A stretch of 64,000 nucleotides of DNA from a candidate division FCPU426 bacterium (GTDB lineage Bacteria > Oederibacteriota > PGYV01 > Palsa-1178). The position numbers were made by a program, and so were the translations under genes. The notes beneath the pieces were generated by a model. It was not told the origin of the DNA and ran no database searches. It saw only the letters and a list, made by a program, of their open reading frames with translations. The stretch spans positions 928,001 through 992,000 of the forward strand of contig CAWIXE010000001.1 in NCBI GenBank assembly GCA_963840035.1, in the 5' to 3' direction. Shown here piece after piece: positions 39,485-48,197 of the stretch (positions are counted from its first letter, which is position 1; each line of letters starts with the position of its first letter).

Positions 39485-39958
39485 CTATTTCTTTTTCACA
39501 TCCCTTTTTGCCTTAAAAAAACCGCTTAGTATTTTGGAACATTCGGCGGCAGATACCCCTTTAATGAGTTCCAATTCATGGTTGTTCAGGCCGTTATTAA
39601 GTATGGAATAGACAGAACCGCATGCGCCGGTTTTCGGGTCTGTAGCGCCAAATATCAGCGTTTTAATTCGGGCAAGAAGGATTGCGCCGGCACACATTGA
39701 GCACGGCTCAAGGGTCACATAAAGAGAGGCGCCTATAAGCCTTTCATTTTTTATTTTTTTGCAGGCTTTCCTTATCGCCACGATTTCAGCATGTGCGGTA
39801 GGATCGTTTTTTGCGCGTATAAGGTTGTGTCCTTCAGCTATGACTTTGTTGTTTAATACAATTACGGCTCCGACAGGAACTTCATCTTTTTTTTGTGCTT
39901 TATGGGCTTCTTTTAAAGCCAGGGACATAAAATAGTTATGCGAGGATTCCGTTGTCAT
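39485..39958 (-). CDS. tadA: tRNA-specific adenosine deaminase
   Basis: EVPVGAV, DPTAHAE, TLEPCSMC and DPKTGACGS motifs. Confidence 0.94.
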   Translation of the reverse strand: MTTESSHNYFMSLALKEAHKAQKKDEVPVGAVIVLNNKVIAEGHNLIRAKNDPTAHAEIVAIRKACKKIKNERLIGASLYVTLEPCSMCAGAILLARIKTLIFGATDPKTGACGSVYSILNNGLNNHELELIKGVSAAECSKILSGFFKAKRDVKKK

Positions 39959-39970
39959 TTTTAACCCGAT

Positions 39971-40480
39971 TCAGATAAAACGTTCAAAGCGGTCTTTTTT
40001 TGCTTTGCATATCGGGCAGATTTCAGGCGGGTTTTCCCTGGCGCATAAATAGCCGCATACTTTGCAGCGCCATACCGGCAATGACAGGGAAGTAAACGCG
40101 GCAACGGCTTTTTTCTGCAGTTTTTCCCTTTCTTCGGCTGATGGCCTGCGCTCCGGTATTGAATGCGCTTTAATCTCACCGCTTACCACCCTGTTAGACA
40201 CATACAGCGCACAGTAGCACGCGTCGTGCTCCAGAACATCCGCGTCGCGGTAGTCGCACGGGCATATTATGTCGAGGTCCTTTTGTTTATCGCCGGTTGA
40301 AAGGCGGCACGGGCAGTTCATGTAACCGTAGCGTTTTTCGTTTATAAGCAGGCTTTCCACGAGCCCTTTTGTGAACTCAACGTCAGGGTTAAGGTTATAC
40401 CCGCCTGACCTGGCCTCTTTGTCCAGCTTCTCATAAAGCACGTCTGTGTCGGCCTGAGGGATAATTATCCGTTCTTTCAT
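39971..40480 (-). CDS. Ferredoxin:thioredoxin-reductase-like catalytic subunit fused to a rubredoxin-like domain (ferredoxin:glutaredoxin/disulfide reductase)
   Basis: CPCR, ICPC and CYC motifs, followed by [14 protein letters not shown]. Confidence 0.9.
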   Translation of the reverse strand: MKERIIIPQADTDVLYEKLDKEARSGGYNLNPDVEFTKGLVESLLINEKRYGYMNCPCRLSTGDKQKDLDIICPCDYRDADVLEHDACYCALYVSNRVVSGEIKAHSIPERRPSAEEREKLQKKAVAAFTSLSLPVWRCKVCGYLCARENPPEICPICKAKKDRFERFI

Positions 40481-40752
40481 TTTCCGAACTTCTTTTTAAG
40501 CCTGTCTTCGTCAAAGCCGCTGGTAAAGAATTTATCATCGACTATGATAAGCGGGAAGGAAGGGTCTGAAACGTACTTTTCCATTTCTTCAGATATCCTT
40601 TTTTCATCGTCGCCTTCAAGCAGGTCCACGTCCTCATAGGAGTGTTCTATGCCGAGTTCCTTAAGAAGCGCCTTGGTCTTTTTGCACCATATGCAGGTGC
40701 TTAATGTATAAAGCATTACTTTTCCCTTGTTTGTGCCCTTTACATGTGTCAT
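40477..40752 (-). CDS. Glutaredoxin-like protein (NrdH/Grx)
   Basis: [14 protein letters not shown] (CxxC), SFP and GFDE motifs; AGGAGG RBS. Confidence 0.9.
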   Translation of the reverse strand: MTHVKGTNKGKVMLYTLSTCIWCKKTKALLKELGIEHSYEDVDLLEGDDEKRISEEMEKYVSDPSFPLIIVDDKFFTSGFDEDRLKKKFGK

Positions 40753-40908
40753 AAATACCTCCTTAGTATGGTTATATTATAGCTGAAAAAGCGGCTATAA
40801 GGTAATATTTTTTTCTTGCTTTTACCCCTTTATTTAGTTAAAATTCTAACGCGGTTCAGCCTTTGCATTTAATTCAAAATTTAGAATCCAGAATATAGAA
40901 TTGATTTT

Positions 40909-40984
40909 GGGGCAATAGCTCAGTTGGGAGAGCGCGTCGTTCGCAACGACGAGGCCGTCGGTTCGATCCCGATTTGCTCCACCA
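40909..40984 (+). tRNA. tRNA-Ala(CGC)
   Basis: GGGGCAA/TTGCTCC-ACCA acceptor with G3:U70; anticodon arm CGTCG-TTCGCAA-CGACG. Confidence 0.95.
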
Positions 40985-41149
40985 AAAATGACAATAGCGG
41001 CGATTTCGCCGCTATTGTCATTTTTGGTGGAGCTCTGAGGGTCGACCGGATAACCCCAAATATGTACAAAGACAACCCACGGTTCGAAGATGCCCTTGTC
41101 CGATGCAAATCGGACATATATTAAATATAGATTCATCTACCTATCATCT

Positions 41150-41391
41150 TGCCGGCTACTGCCGGCCTCCCGATTTGCTCCACTAGGTGGTATAACCGTT
41201 ATTGTCATTTTTGGTGGAGCTCTGAGGGTGCCAGCTACTGCTGGCCTCCCGATTTGCTCCACTAGGTGGTATAACCGTTATTGTCATTTTTGGTGGAGCT
41301 CTGAGGGTGCCGGCTACTGCCGGCATCCCGATTTGCTCCACTAGGCGGTTTAACCGACATCGTCATTAAGGGTCAACCGAATACCCCAAAT
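41150..41391 (+). repeat. 79-bp tandem repeats containing the tRNA-Ala 3' end and its complement
   Basis: Units start at 41150, 41229 and 41308. Each has a GCC(G/A)GC-TACT-GC(C/T)GGC hairpin and TCCCGATTTGCTCCAC; units 1-2 also have TTTTTGGTGGAGC. Confidence 0.9.
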
Positions 41392-41423
41392 TAATCCTCC
41401 CTACCAAAAAAGTCTTTTGCAAG

Positions 41424-41505
41424 TTGTGGCCACCGCAGGCCGATTTTATTTATGGATTGCGCAGTAGCGCAGGCCATAAATAAAATCGGCCTGCGGCAGC
41501 CACAA
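41424..41505. repeat. 82-nt hairpin element, copy 1
   Basis: 28-nt arms around the core ATGGATTGCGCAGTAGCGCAGGCCAT. Confidence 0.92.
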
Positions 41506-41813
41506 GCCGGGTATTGGCGAAAGTCAATGCATGACTAAAAACCGCCACATTTGCATAATAATCATCGTATCAATTTCAAATCTAAAATCAGTCAATTTGT
41601 CTATACATACACAAAAATAATGCAGATTTTAAGATGATTCTATTTTAATCCTTTAAAATAAAGCGCTTTTTAACAATCCAAATTGTCAGTTTTTTTGTCA
41701 ATTATTTGACTTTTACCCTTTTATTGTGTATATCTACTGTATAACGAAATTGAACCGGTTTTAAGGCTTAAATAAAGGCTTTCTAAAATATACGGTCTAA
41801 AAAGAGGTGCCTC

Positions 41814-42066
41814 ATGCGTGAGAAGGGAAGAAACAGGAAAGAGAAAAAGATTCTTATCAGGGTGAGCAAGGATGAGAAAGACCTTGCTGAGCAGCTTCTC
41901 CAGGAAAGAAGGGAAGAATACGTCGGAATTCTTCAGGTCAATGATTAACATGCATGCTGAAACCAAGACACTTGACAAGCACATGAAGATCATAGAAGAA
42001 TACGAAAGCACCCTTCAAAAATACAGGCAGCTGCTTGAAGAAATGGCTAAAAAAGGCCAGCAATAA
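41814..42066 (+). pseudogene. Ribbon-helix-helix (MobC/CopG-like) DNA-binding protein with a +1 frameshift near 41896
   Basis: GAGGTG RBS and ATG 41814 give MREKGRNRKEKKILIRVSKDEKDLAEQL; removing one base continues SRKEGKNTSEFFRSMI..; pattern fits an RHH fold. Confidence 0.65.
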
Positions 42067-42068
42067 CG

Positions 42069-42150
42069 AATAAGTCAAAAGTGATAAGAAATAAGCGGGC
42101 ATACGGGGGTAAGGCGCTTATTTCCGGTTACTTTTGACTTATTTCTTTTT
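42069..42150. terminator. Long imperfect hairpin / probable terminator
   Basis: AATAAGTCAAAAGT..GAAATAAGCG / CGCTTATTTC..ACTTTTGACTTATT followed by TCTTTTT. Confidence 0.55.
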
Positions 42151-42194
42151 ATCTGTTGACTATTTTATTTGAACCATTTATTATGTAAAACCTG

Positions 42195-42368
42195 AGCAGG
42201 TCGAAGAGCCGAACAGCCGGGCTGTTGCCTGCGGCAACTATACATAAAGGATTTAAGCAGGTCGAACAGCCGAATAGCCGGGTTGTTGCCTGCGGCAACT
42301 ATACATAAAGGACTTAAGCAGGTCGAACAGCCGAGCAGCCGAACAATCGAGCTGTTGCCTGCGGCAAC
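42195..42368 (+). repeat. Three 61-bp-period tandem units immediately upstream of tRNA-Ser(CGA)
   Basis: AGCAGGTCGAA at 42195, 42256 and 42317; each unit has GCCGAACA-like subrepeats and a GTTGCC-TGC-GGCAAC hairpin. Confidence 0.9.
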
Positions 42369-42370
42369 GC

Positions 42371-42458
42371 GGAGAGGTGTCAGAGTGGCCGATAGTACCT
42401 GACTCGAAATCAGGTGTCCCGCAAGGGACCGTGGGTTCAAATCCCACCCTCTCCGCCA
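42371..42458 (+). tRNA. tRNA-Ser(CGA)
   Basis: GGAGAGG/CCTCTCC-GCCA; CCTGA-CTCGAAA-TCAGG; variable arm GTCCC-GCAA-GGGAC; GTTCAAATC. Confidence 0.95.
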
Positions 42459-42689
42459 AATTTTGCATGGGCAAAATTTGGCGAGAAAGGTGAGAGCAGA
42501 TAGGAGAAAGTAGAAAATCACTGTAAATCAAAACCCCTCGTAACGCACTTATATCCACAGTTTTTTCACCTATCTCCTATCTACTCTCTCGAGCACTTGA
42601 TCTACCCAAATCCCTATTTACACCTTATTTCCTTTATGTTATTATTATCCTTGTAAAACCATGTTTTTCACATCAGGAGGGCTACGTAT

Positions 42690-43328
42690 ATGGCAACGGA
42701 AAATGACATATTAAACCAATTCGGCCGTAAATACTCGGCAGGCGAATATATTTTTAAGGCCGGCGACCATGGCGAAGAAATGTTCATCATACACAGCGGC
42801 AGCATAAACATAACAGTAAAAACAGACGAGGGCGAGAAGGTGCTTGTAACTTTAAGCGCCGGAGATTTTTTCGGGGAAATGGCAGTCATAGACAAAGGCC
42901 CAAGGTCGGCTAACGCCGTGGCTGCGGATGAAGCGGTCTGCATAGTTTTAAATGAGGAACTTTTTGAACAGCAGATGCAGAGGAACGCCAAAATCGTAAA
43001 GAAGATTCTCAAGAACATGAGCGCCAGGCTGCGCGCCATGAATGAACAGCTTCAGATGCTTACATCCAAGGATTACAACATGAGGGTGGTAAATGTGCTG
43101 CTGCTGCATGTCAATAAGAGCGGTGAAAACACGTCGCTGCCGCTTTCATCCGTAATTCAGCAGACGAACATGGAAGAAAATAAGCCGAAGCTTGACGAGA
43201 TATTGACGGCCATGGCAAAGGCAAGGGTCATAACCATGTCGGGCGAGACTGTCACGGTCTCGAGCTCGGCGAACATAGAAAAGTACAAGCAGTACCTTGA
43301 AATGAAAAAAGCTTTCGGTGAAAGCTAA
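42690..43328 (+). CDS. Crp/Fnr-type cyclic-nucleotide-binding protein
   Basis: IFKAGD..MFIIHSG..GDFFGEMAVIDKGPRSANAVA (intact phosphate-binding cassette). Confidence 0.9.
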   Translation: MATENDILNQFGRKYSAGEYIFKAGDHGEEMFIIHSGSINITVKTDEGEKVLVTLSAGDFFGEMAVIDKGPRSANAVAADEAVCIVLNEELFEQQMQRNAKIVKKILKNMSARLRAMNEQLQMLTSKDYNMRVVNVLLLHVNKSGENTSLPLSSVIQQTNMEENKPKLDEILTAMAKARVITMSGETVTVSSSANIEKYKQYLEMKKAFGES

Positions 43329-43334
43329 TATAAA

Positions 43335-45050
43335 GTGAAAAAAAGCCTTCACGTATTTTACATCCTGATTACATCCGCCATAATTGCGTCTTTTGTTGTT
43401 TTCTACGACCGCATCCATTCATACGGCTTCTCAAGCCTTCAGGATTCCGTGCCGGGAAAGATATCCATGGATAAGGTTGTTTTTCTGGACGGCTCATTTT
43501 CCATGGAGGAGTATTCGGCGATAGCGGACAGGATAAAAAAACTCGACAACTCGGTATCCCTTTTTGTATCCCAGGTCTTTAACATAAAGATAAACGACTA
43601 CCTGGAGAACATAGAGCCGGCAGCCATAGCCGCAGCCAAAGAAGGATACAGGAATTTTTCCATAAAACTTGCCGAGGCGCAGAATGTTATTCCCGTTGTT
43701 TTTTTATCCAGGACACAGGAAGCGCCGAACCAGGTGGATGCCTCTTCATTCAAATATTTCGACGCGTCATCGCTCCCGGACTTCAGCATGCCGGAATACG
43801 TATACGCGCGGGTCATGTCGAAAAAAATATGGGCCAGCGTCTCCGGCGTCGGGTTTTATGAGGAGTATCTGTATTACCCGTACAGGATACCCGTGCTTTT
43901 TAATTACAAAGGCGCGGTGCTTTTAAATGCGGCGGTTGAAGCGGTCAGGAAATACTACAAGCTTACAAAAAACAGGATATCAGTTGAAAATAGCATGCTT
44001 AAGATCGGCGATATCATAAGCGTGCCGCTTTTAAGCGACGGTTCCATCATGGTGCACAAGTTTAAAGGCAGGCCGCAGTCATATTCGTACGGCAAATTCC
44101 TTGACGCCGCTGACGCGGAATTAAACGACAAAATAATCATAGTAAGGTCCACCAACATATCAGGCCCGGCCACGCTGAGCCTGGGCGTTGCGGTGGCCAG
44201 CATCATGCAGGGCGCGTTCATAAAATACAGCGTAGCCGGCAATTACGCGGCGGCAGCGGCGCTTTTTCTTGTTTTCTTTTTCAGCTACAGGTCCCTGAAA
44301 TTCAGGTTTGGATTCCCGCTATTCCTGGCTTCCCTGGCCGGCCTGTATTTTGGTTCGGCAGCTTTAATGGCACAGAACATTTTTGCGGATTTTACTGTAT
44401 TTGTACTGGCCGACCTGCTGGCTTTCTTTTCATTTTACTATTATTCCATTCTCAGCCGTGCGGCTGACAGGAAAAAAAGGTCCCGGGAGCTGTTGAAGGT
44501 AATGCACCCCAAAGCGGTAAAGGCTTTTATAGCCAAGAACAGGGACATAAGGGTGAAGAACATCTGGGCGCCGGCATATGTCATATACGTCACATTTGAA
44601 GAGCCCGCGGCAATCGACCCGGAAAAGATCAAAATAACTTTTGAAAAAGTAAGGGACTTGATATATAATAAAACCAGGGAATTCATTATAAAGCGCCACA
44701 ATAACAGCGACCTCGCTGTCGTTATCTTTCAGGATTCGGCAGACCTTAAAAAAGCCGTGGGCGCGGCGCTCGATCTCAGGGACAAGATCACAGACCTTAA
44801 ATTTAACATGGCTTTTAATATATCGGACGTCTTTGTTTTCAGCCAGTCGGGTGAAACAGGCTTCATAGATAAGGAATACCCCAAGGCCGCAGCGGCCGGG
44901 GGAGTGGAAAAGAAAAAATATATTATAGTAAGCGAAGCCGACATACAGAAATTCGTGAACGTTGCGAAGTTCCAGAAAATATCCGAAAAATCCGGCGTGG
45001 TGCTTTTTAACATAGCAGGCATGCGGGAGGAGGCTGTAGATGAAAATTAA
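43335..45050 (+). CDS. CHASE2-like sensor with 3 TM helices and a degenerate class III nucleotide-cyclase-like domain
   Basis: Residual CHASE2 motifs (VGF, RIPVLF, VPL..DG..I, DKIIIV), three TM helices, then cyclase-like spacing (AVGAALDL, IIVSE) without the DxxxF and NxxxR motifs. Confidence 0.6.
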   Translation: MKKSLHVFYILITSAIIASFVVFYDRIHSYGFSSLQDSVPGKISMDKVVFLDGSFSMEEYSAIADRIKKLDNSVSLFVSQVFNIKINDYLENIEPAAIAAAKEGYRNFSIKLAEAQNVIPVVFLSRTQEAPNQVDASSFKYFDASSLPDFSMPEYVYARVMSKKIWASVSGVGFYEEYLYYPYRIPVLFNYKGAVLLNAAVEAVRKYYKLTKNRISVENSMLKIGDIISVPLLSDGSIMVHKFKGRPQSYSYGKFLDAADAELNDKIIIVRSTNISGPATLSLGVAVASIMQGAFIKYSVAGNYAAAAALFLVFFFSYRSLKFRFGFPLFLASLAGLYFGSAALMAQNIFADFTVFVLADLLAFFSFYYYSILSRAADRKKRSRELLKVMHPKAVKAFIAKNRDIRVKNIWAPAYVIYVTFEEPAAIDPEKIKITFEKVRDLIYNKTREFIIKRHNNSDLAVVIFQDSADLKKAVGAALDLRDKITDLKFNMAFNISDVFVFSQSGETGFIDKEYPKAAAAGGVEKKKYIIVSEADIQKFVNVAKFQKISEKSGVVLFNIAGMREEAVDEN

Positions 45051-45810
45051 GACCTTAGGGTGTTATGGCGGCCAGCTGCCCGGAAAAAACCTGACCGGAT
45101 TACTGCTAAATGGAGACACTCTTATAGACGCGGGAACCGTTGCGCTGAATTCCACGATCGCTGAGCAGCGCAAGATCAGGAATGTCTTCATTTCGCACGC
45201 GCACCTTGACCATACCGGTTCGCTGCCGTTTTTTGCGGTGAATATAGTGAGTAATAAGAGCGACGGGGTTGTCATCACGTCCACCGAGTTCACAATTAAC
45301 GCGATAAAAAACCACCTCATGAACGGCACCACATGGCCTGATTTTACAAAGATAAACAATTTCGGGGGAAAACCGGTGTTTAAATATAACCCGATTGAGG
45401 AAAATAAATGGCAGGACGCCGGCGGGTATAAACTAATGGCTGTGCCTGTAAACCATACTGTGCCTTGCACCGGATTCCTGATAGGCAGGGGCTCGCAGTA
45501 CATGCTTTACAGCGGAGACACAAAGGACACCGACGCCATATGGGCGGAAGGCAAAAAGCTCGGGAAGAAACTAAAGTCGTGCTTCATAGAGCTGGCCTTT
45601 CCCGATGAGGTTGCCTTCCTGGCGGAATCAAGCTGCCACCTGACCCCAAAGTCACTTGAAAAACAGCTTGAGAAACTCCTGCCGCTGAAGCCCAAAATAT
45701 TCGTTTACCATTTAAAACCCGAATACATGAAGGAAATCAAAGCCGGACTGAAAAAAATAAAGGGATATAAGATAACCGTGCTCGATGATGGAAAGACATA
45801 TAAAATATAA
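45040..45810 (+). CDS. 3',5'-cyclic-nucleotide phosphodiesterase (class II, metallo-beta-lactamase fold)
   Basis: LGCYGG, LIDAG, ISHAHLDH, WPDF, VNHTVP, YSGDT, HLTP and YHLKP motifs. Confidence 0.88.
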   Translation: MKIKTLGCYGGQLPGKNLTGLLLNGDTLIDAGTVALNSTIAEQRKIRNVFISHAHLDHTGSLPFFAVNIVSNKSDGVVITSTEFTINAIKNHLMNGTTWPDFTKINNFGGKPVFKYNPIEENKWQDAGGYKLMAVPVNHTVPCTGFLIGRGSQYMLYSGDTKDTDAIWAEGKKLGKKLKSCFIELAFPDEVAFLAESSCHLTPKSLEKQLEKLLPLKPKIFVYHLKPEYMKEIKAGLKKIKGYKITVLDDGKTYKI

Positions 45811-45845
45811 TAAGCCTGTTTTTTATACCGGGCCTGACAGGGCGC

Positions 45846-46295
45846 ATGATAATATATCGTAACGCGAAAAAATCAGACATACCCCGCATCGTTGACATAG
45901 ACAGAGTATCCCATCCAAAACCGTGGGATGAAAAAGCTTTTCTCTGCGAGCTTTCAAAGCAGGCTTCGGGATATAATATCTTCCTGGTGGCGGAGGACGG
46001 CGAAAGCGGGGAAACCGCGGGATATATAACCGGCAACATAATAGTGGATTACGCGCATATAATAAATGTGACGGTAAATGAAAAGTACAGGCGCAAAGGC
46101 ATAGGGGAACAGCTGGTAATGAGGGTGGAACAGGAAGCCTTTAAAAGGAAGCTTGGCTCCGTAACCCTGGAGGTCAGGGAGTCAAATACCGGGGCCATAA
46201 ATCTTTATAAAAAGCGCGGATATATGGAAAAAGCCAGGCGGGAAAAGGCTTATGACAATAAGGAAGACGAGATAATATACTGGAAAATGTTCTAA
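45846..46295 (+). CDS. rimI: RimI-like N-acetyltransferase
   Basis: PW, HIINVTV..YRRKGIG and TLEVRESN..AINLYKKRGY motifs. Confidence 0.85.
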   Translation: MIIYRNAKKSDIPRIVDIDRVSHPKPWDEKAFLCELSKQASGYNIFLVAEDGESGETAGYITGNIIVDYAHIINVTVNEKYRRKGIGEQLVMRVEQEAFKRKLGSVTLEVRESNTGAINLYKKRGYMEKARREKAYDNKEDEIIYWKMF

Positions 46296-46317
46296 AAATA
46301 AGTAAAAACCGGGGTTT

Positions 46318-46391
46318 ATCCCCACCCTAACCCTCTACCCCGCAAGGGGGTACTAGAAATAGCCCTTAGAAAGGGGAGGGAAAATGTAGGT
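46318..46391. repeat. CCCCACCCT..GGGGAGGG repeat with a 27-bp hairpin insertion
   Basis: Matches 10896-10945 except for the insert TACCCCGCAAGGGGGTACTAGAAATAG. Confidence 0.75.
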
Positions 46392-46438
46392 AAACCTTTT
46401 ATTGATAAGATACGTCATATATATAAGGAAGAAGGCAA

Positions 46439-47026
46439 ATGGAGCATACAGAGATAAAGTACAGGGAAGACAGCGAAATAATAAAAGAGATAAAGGCAGG
46501 CAGCGAGGCTGCGGCCGATGAGCTCATTAAAAAATACCAGAAAAGGGTTTATAATACCCTCTACGGGATGTGTATGAACTATGACACTGCCTGGGATGTA
46601 TCACAGGAGGCTTTTATAAAGGCTATCGTTAATATAAAGTCCTTCCGCGGGGAGTCGTCGTTTTGGACCTTTCTTTACAGGGTCACAATGAACGCTTTTT
46701 ATGACTTTACCAGGAAGGCAAAGGTAAGGGGCCGCGTAGGCAACTTCTCGGACTATGAGGATGACGACGGCGGCAGAAAATTCGAAGTAAGGGATCTTGT
46801 TAATATAGAAGAGGATTTTGAAAAGAAAGATATGAAGGAAAAACTGAAAAAAGCCCTTGAGATTTTAACCGAGGTACAGAAGGAAGTATTTGTGTTAAAG
46901 ACCACGGAAGGGTTAAAGATACGCGAGATTGCCCAGCTTTTAAGGATATCCGAGGGCACGGTAAAGTCGCACTTAAACAGGGCGACTGAAAAAGTAAAAA
47001 ACCTGTTGGGAGGCGTTGCGTCATGA
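46439..47026 (+). CDS. ECF RNA polymerase sigma factor
   Basis: DVSQEAFIKA..FRGESSFWTFLYRV; region 4 EIAQLLRISEGTVKSHLNRA. Confidence 0.93.
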   Translation: MEHTEIKYREDSEIIKEIKAGSEAAADELIKKYQKRVYNTLYGMCMNYDTAWDVSQEAFIKAIVNIKSFRGESSFWTFLYRVTMNAFYDFTRKAKVRGRVGNFSDYEDDDGGRKFEVRDLVNIEEDFEKKDMKEKLKKALEILTEVQKEVFVLKTTEGLKIREIAQLLRISEGTVKSHLNRATEKVKNLLGGVAS

Positions 47027-47481
47027 AAAAATGCGGAGTAGATAACAGCCTCCTTGCCGATTACATATACGGCGAGATTGAGGACGCTTCAAAAGTTAAA
47101 GAGCTGGAAGGCCATATAAAAGGCTGCGCCGAGTGCGCTAAAGAAACGGACGCGCTGCGCGCCGTGCTTAAGGCCTCTAAACTGTCCCGGGTCAACTTTT
47201 CCGAGGAAGTATGGTCCATGCAGAGGCAGGATATCCTAAGGAAAGTAAGGCAGTCAAAGCCGACGCCTGTTTCTTTTATGAAGGCTTTCTTTGGATTGTT
47301 CAGTTTTAAAAAACTCGGTCTTGCCGTGCTTATAGTGGTAATGGCGGGTGTCGGGACACAGTACTTCAGGTATGTAAAATCCGTGGAGCAGCAAAAAGCC
47401 ATAGCGGAAAAGATGGAACTTTTGCAGAACCTGGCGATTATCGAGCGGCTTGATTTCTACGAGAAGATAAGCGGGTTATAA
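47023..47481 (+). CDS. Zinc-binding (ZAS/zf-HC2) membrane anti-sigma factor
   Basis: YIYGE..HIKGCAEC (HxxxCxxC); single TM helix; overlaps the sigma stop codon. Confidence 0.85.
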   Translation: MKKCGVDNSLLADYIYGEIEDASKVKELEGHIKGCAECAKETDALRAVLKASKLSRVNFSEEVWSMQRQDILRKVRQSKPTPVSFMKAFFGLFSFKKLGLAVLIVVMAGVGTQYFRYVKSVEQQKAIAEKMELLQNLAIIERLDFYEKISGL

Positions 47482-47542
47482 GGCAATTTAAAATTTAAAG
47501 CTTGAAACTGAAAGTTGTGAAATAATTATAAGTGAGGTAAAA

Positions 47543-47968
47543 ATGAAAAAAGTATTTATGCTGGTGTTGGCCGTGATGTTTGCGGTTGTGGTTGTGGCGG
47601 CGGATAAGGCTTCGGGTACTACGGCGGGCAAGAAATGGGATTCCATGACTGAAGAGGAAAAGGCGCAGGTCAGGGAGATATATTCCAAGTCAAACGAGGT
47701 AACAGGCACTGTTGAGGCTTATTTTGACAGCGGTAACGCGAAGTTCGACCAGCTTTCCCAGGATGAAAAAAAGAAAATGGAAAAGGCTTATGGCGAGTGG
47801 GAAAAACTCTCCCCCCAGATGAAAAAGACCCTGGCTGAGAAGTATAAGAAGTGGAAAGAACTTTCCCCGGAACAGAAGAAAAAGATTAAGGAAGCATATG
47901 AGAAATATAAGACCATGACTGCGGATGAAAAGGCGAAATTAAGGGAAGAAGTGAAGGAGAAAAAGTAA
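47543..47968 (+). CDS. Secreted helical-repeat protein (DUF3106-like)
   Basis: Signal peptide; repeats of W/F-x-x-LS-P/Q-E/D-x-K. Confidence 0.65.
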   Translation: MKKVFMLVLAVMFAVVVVAADKASGTTAGKKWDSMTEEEKAQVREIYSKSNEVTGTVEAYFDSGNAKFDQLSQDEKKKMEKAYGEWEKLSPQMKKTLAEKYKKWKELSPEQKKKIKEAYEKYKTMTADEKAKLREEVKEKK

Positions 47969-48002
47969 TTTTCAATTCTAAATTTTCAATTTTCAATTAA
48001 AT

Positions 48003-48035
48003 AAAAGGGCGGCCGAAAGGCCGCCTTTGTTTTTT
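48003..48035 (+). terminator. Rho-independent terminator
   Basis: GGCGGCC-GAAA-GGCCGCC-TTTGTTTTTT. Confidence 0.85.
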
Positions 48036-48060
48036 CGGTTATTGAAGATTTGCTTTTTTA

Positions 48061-48095
48061 TCCCTCTCCCTCCGGGAGAGGGTAGGGTGAGGGGA
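48061..48095. repeat. CCCTCTCCC..GGGAGAGGG palindromic repeat
   Basis: CCCTCTCCC-TCC-GGGAGAGGG-TAGGGTGAGGGG. Confidence 0.75.
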
Positions 48096-48197
48096 CAATA
48101 CCGTAAAATGGGATCAAAACCCAAAACCCACAATTCAGAATGCAAAATCCTTAATTCTGTGATAAAATCTTTCATTATAATAATGAGAGGGAGATGT

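Noticed and set aside
41424..41505. Integron attC sites for the 82-nt hairpins
   Set aside because: No RYYYAAC/GTTRRRY boxes or extrahelical bases, no cassette organisation and no integrase.
41150..42368. CRISPR arrays or extra tRNA genes in the 79-bp and 61-bp repeats
   Set aside because: Inter-repeat sequence is repeated rather than unique; the 79-bp units lack D and anticodon arms and an intact CCA.
40846..42558. ORFs overlapping tRNA-Ala, tRNA-Ser and their repeats (40846-41136, 40920-41117, 40924-41124, 41090-41344, 42165-42521, 42253-42558)
   Set aside because: Shadow frames of tRNA and repeat sequence.
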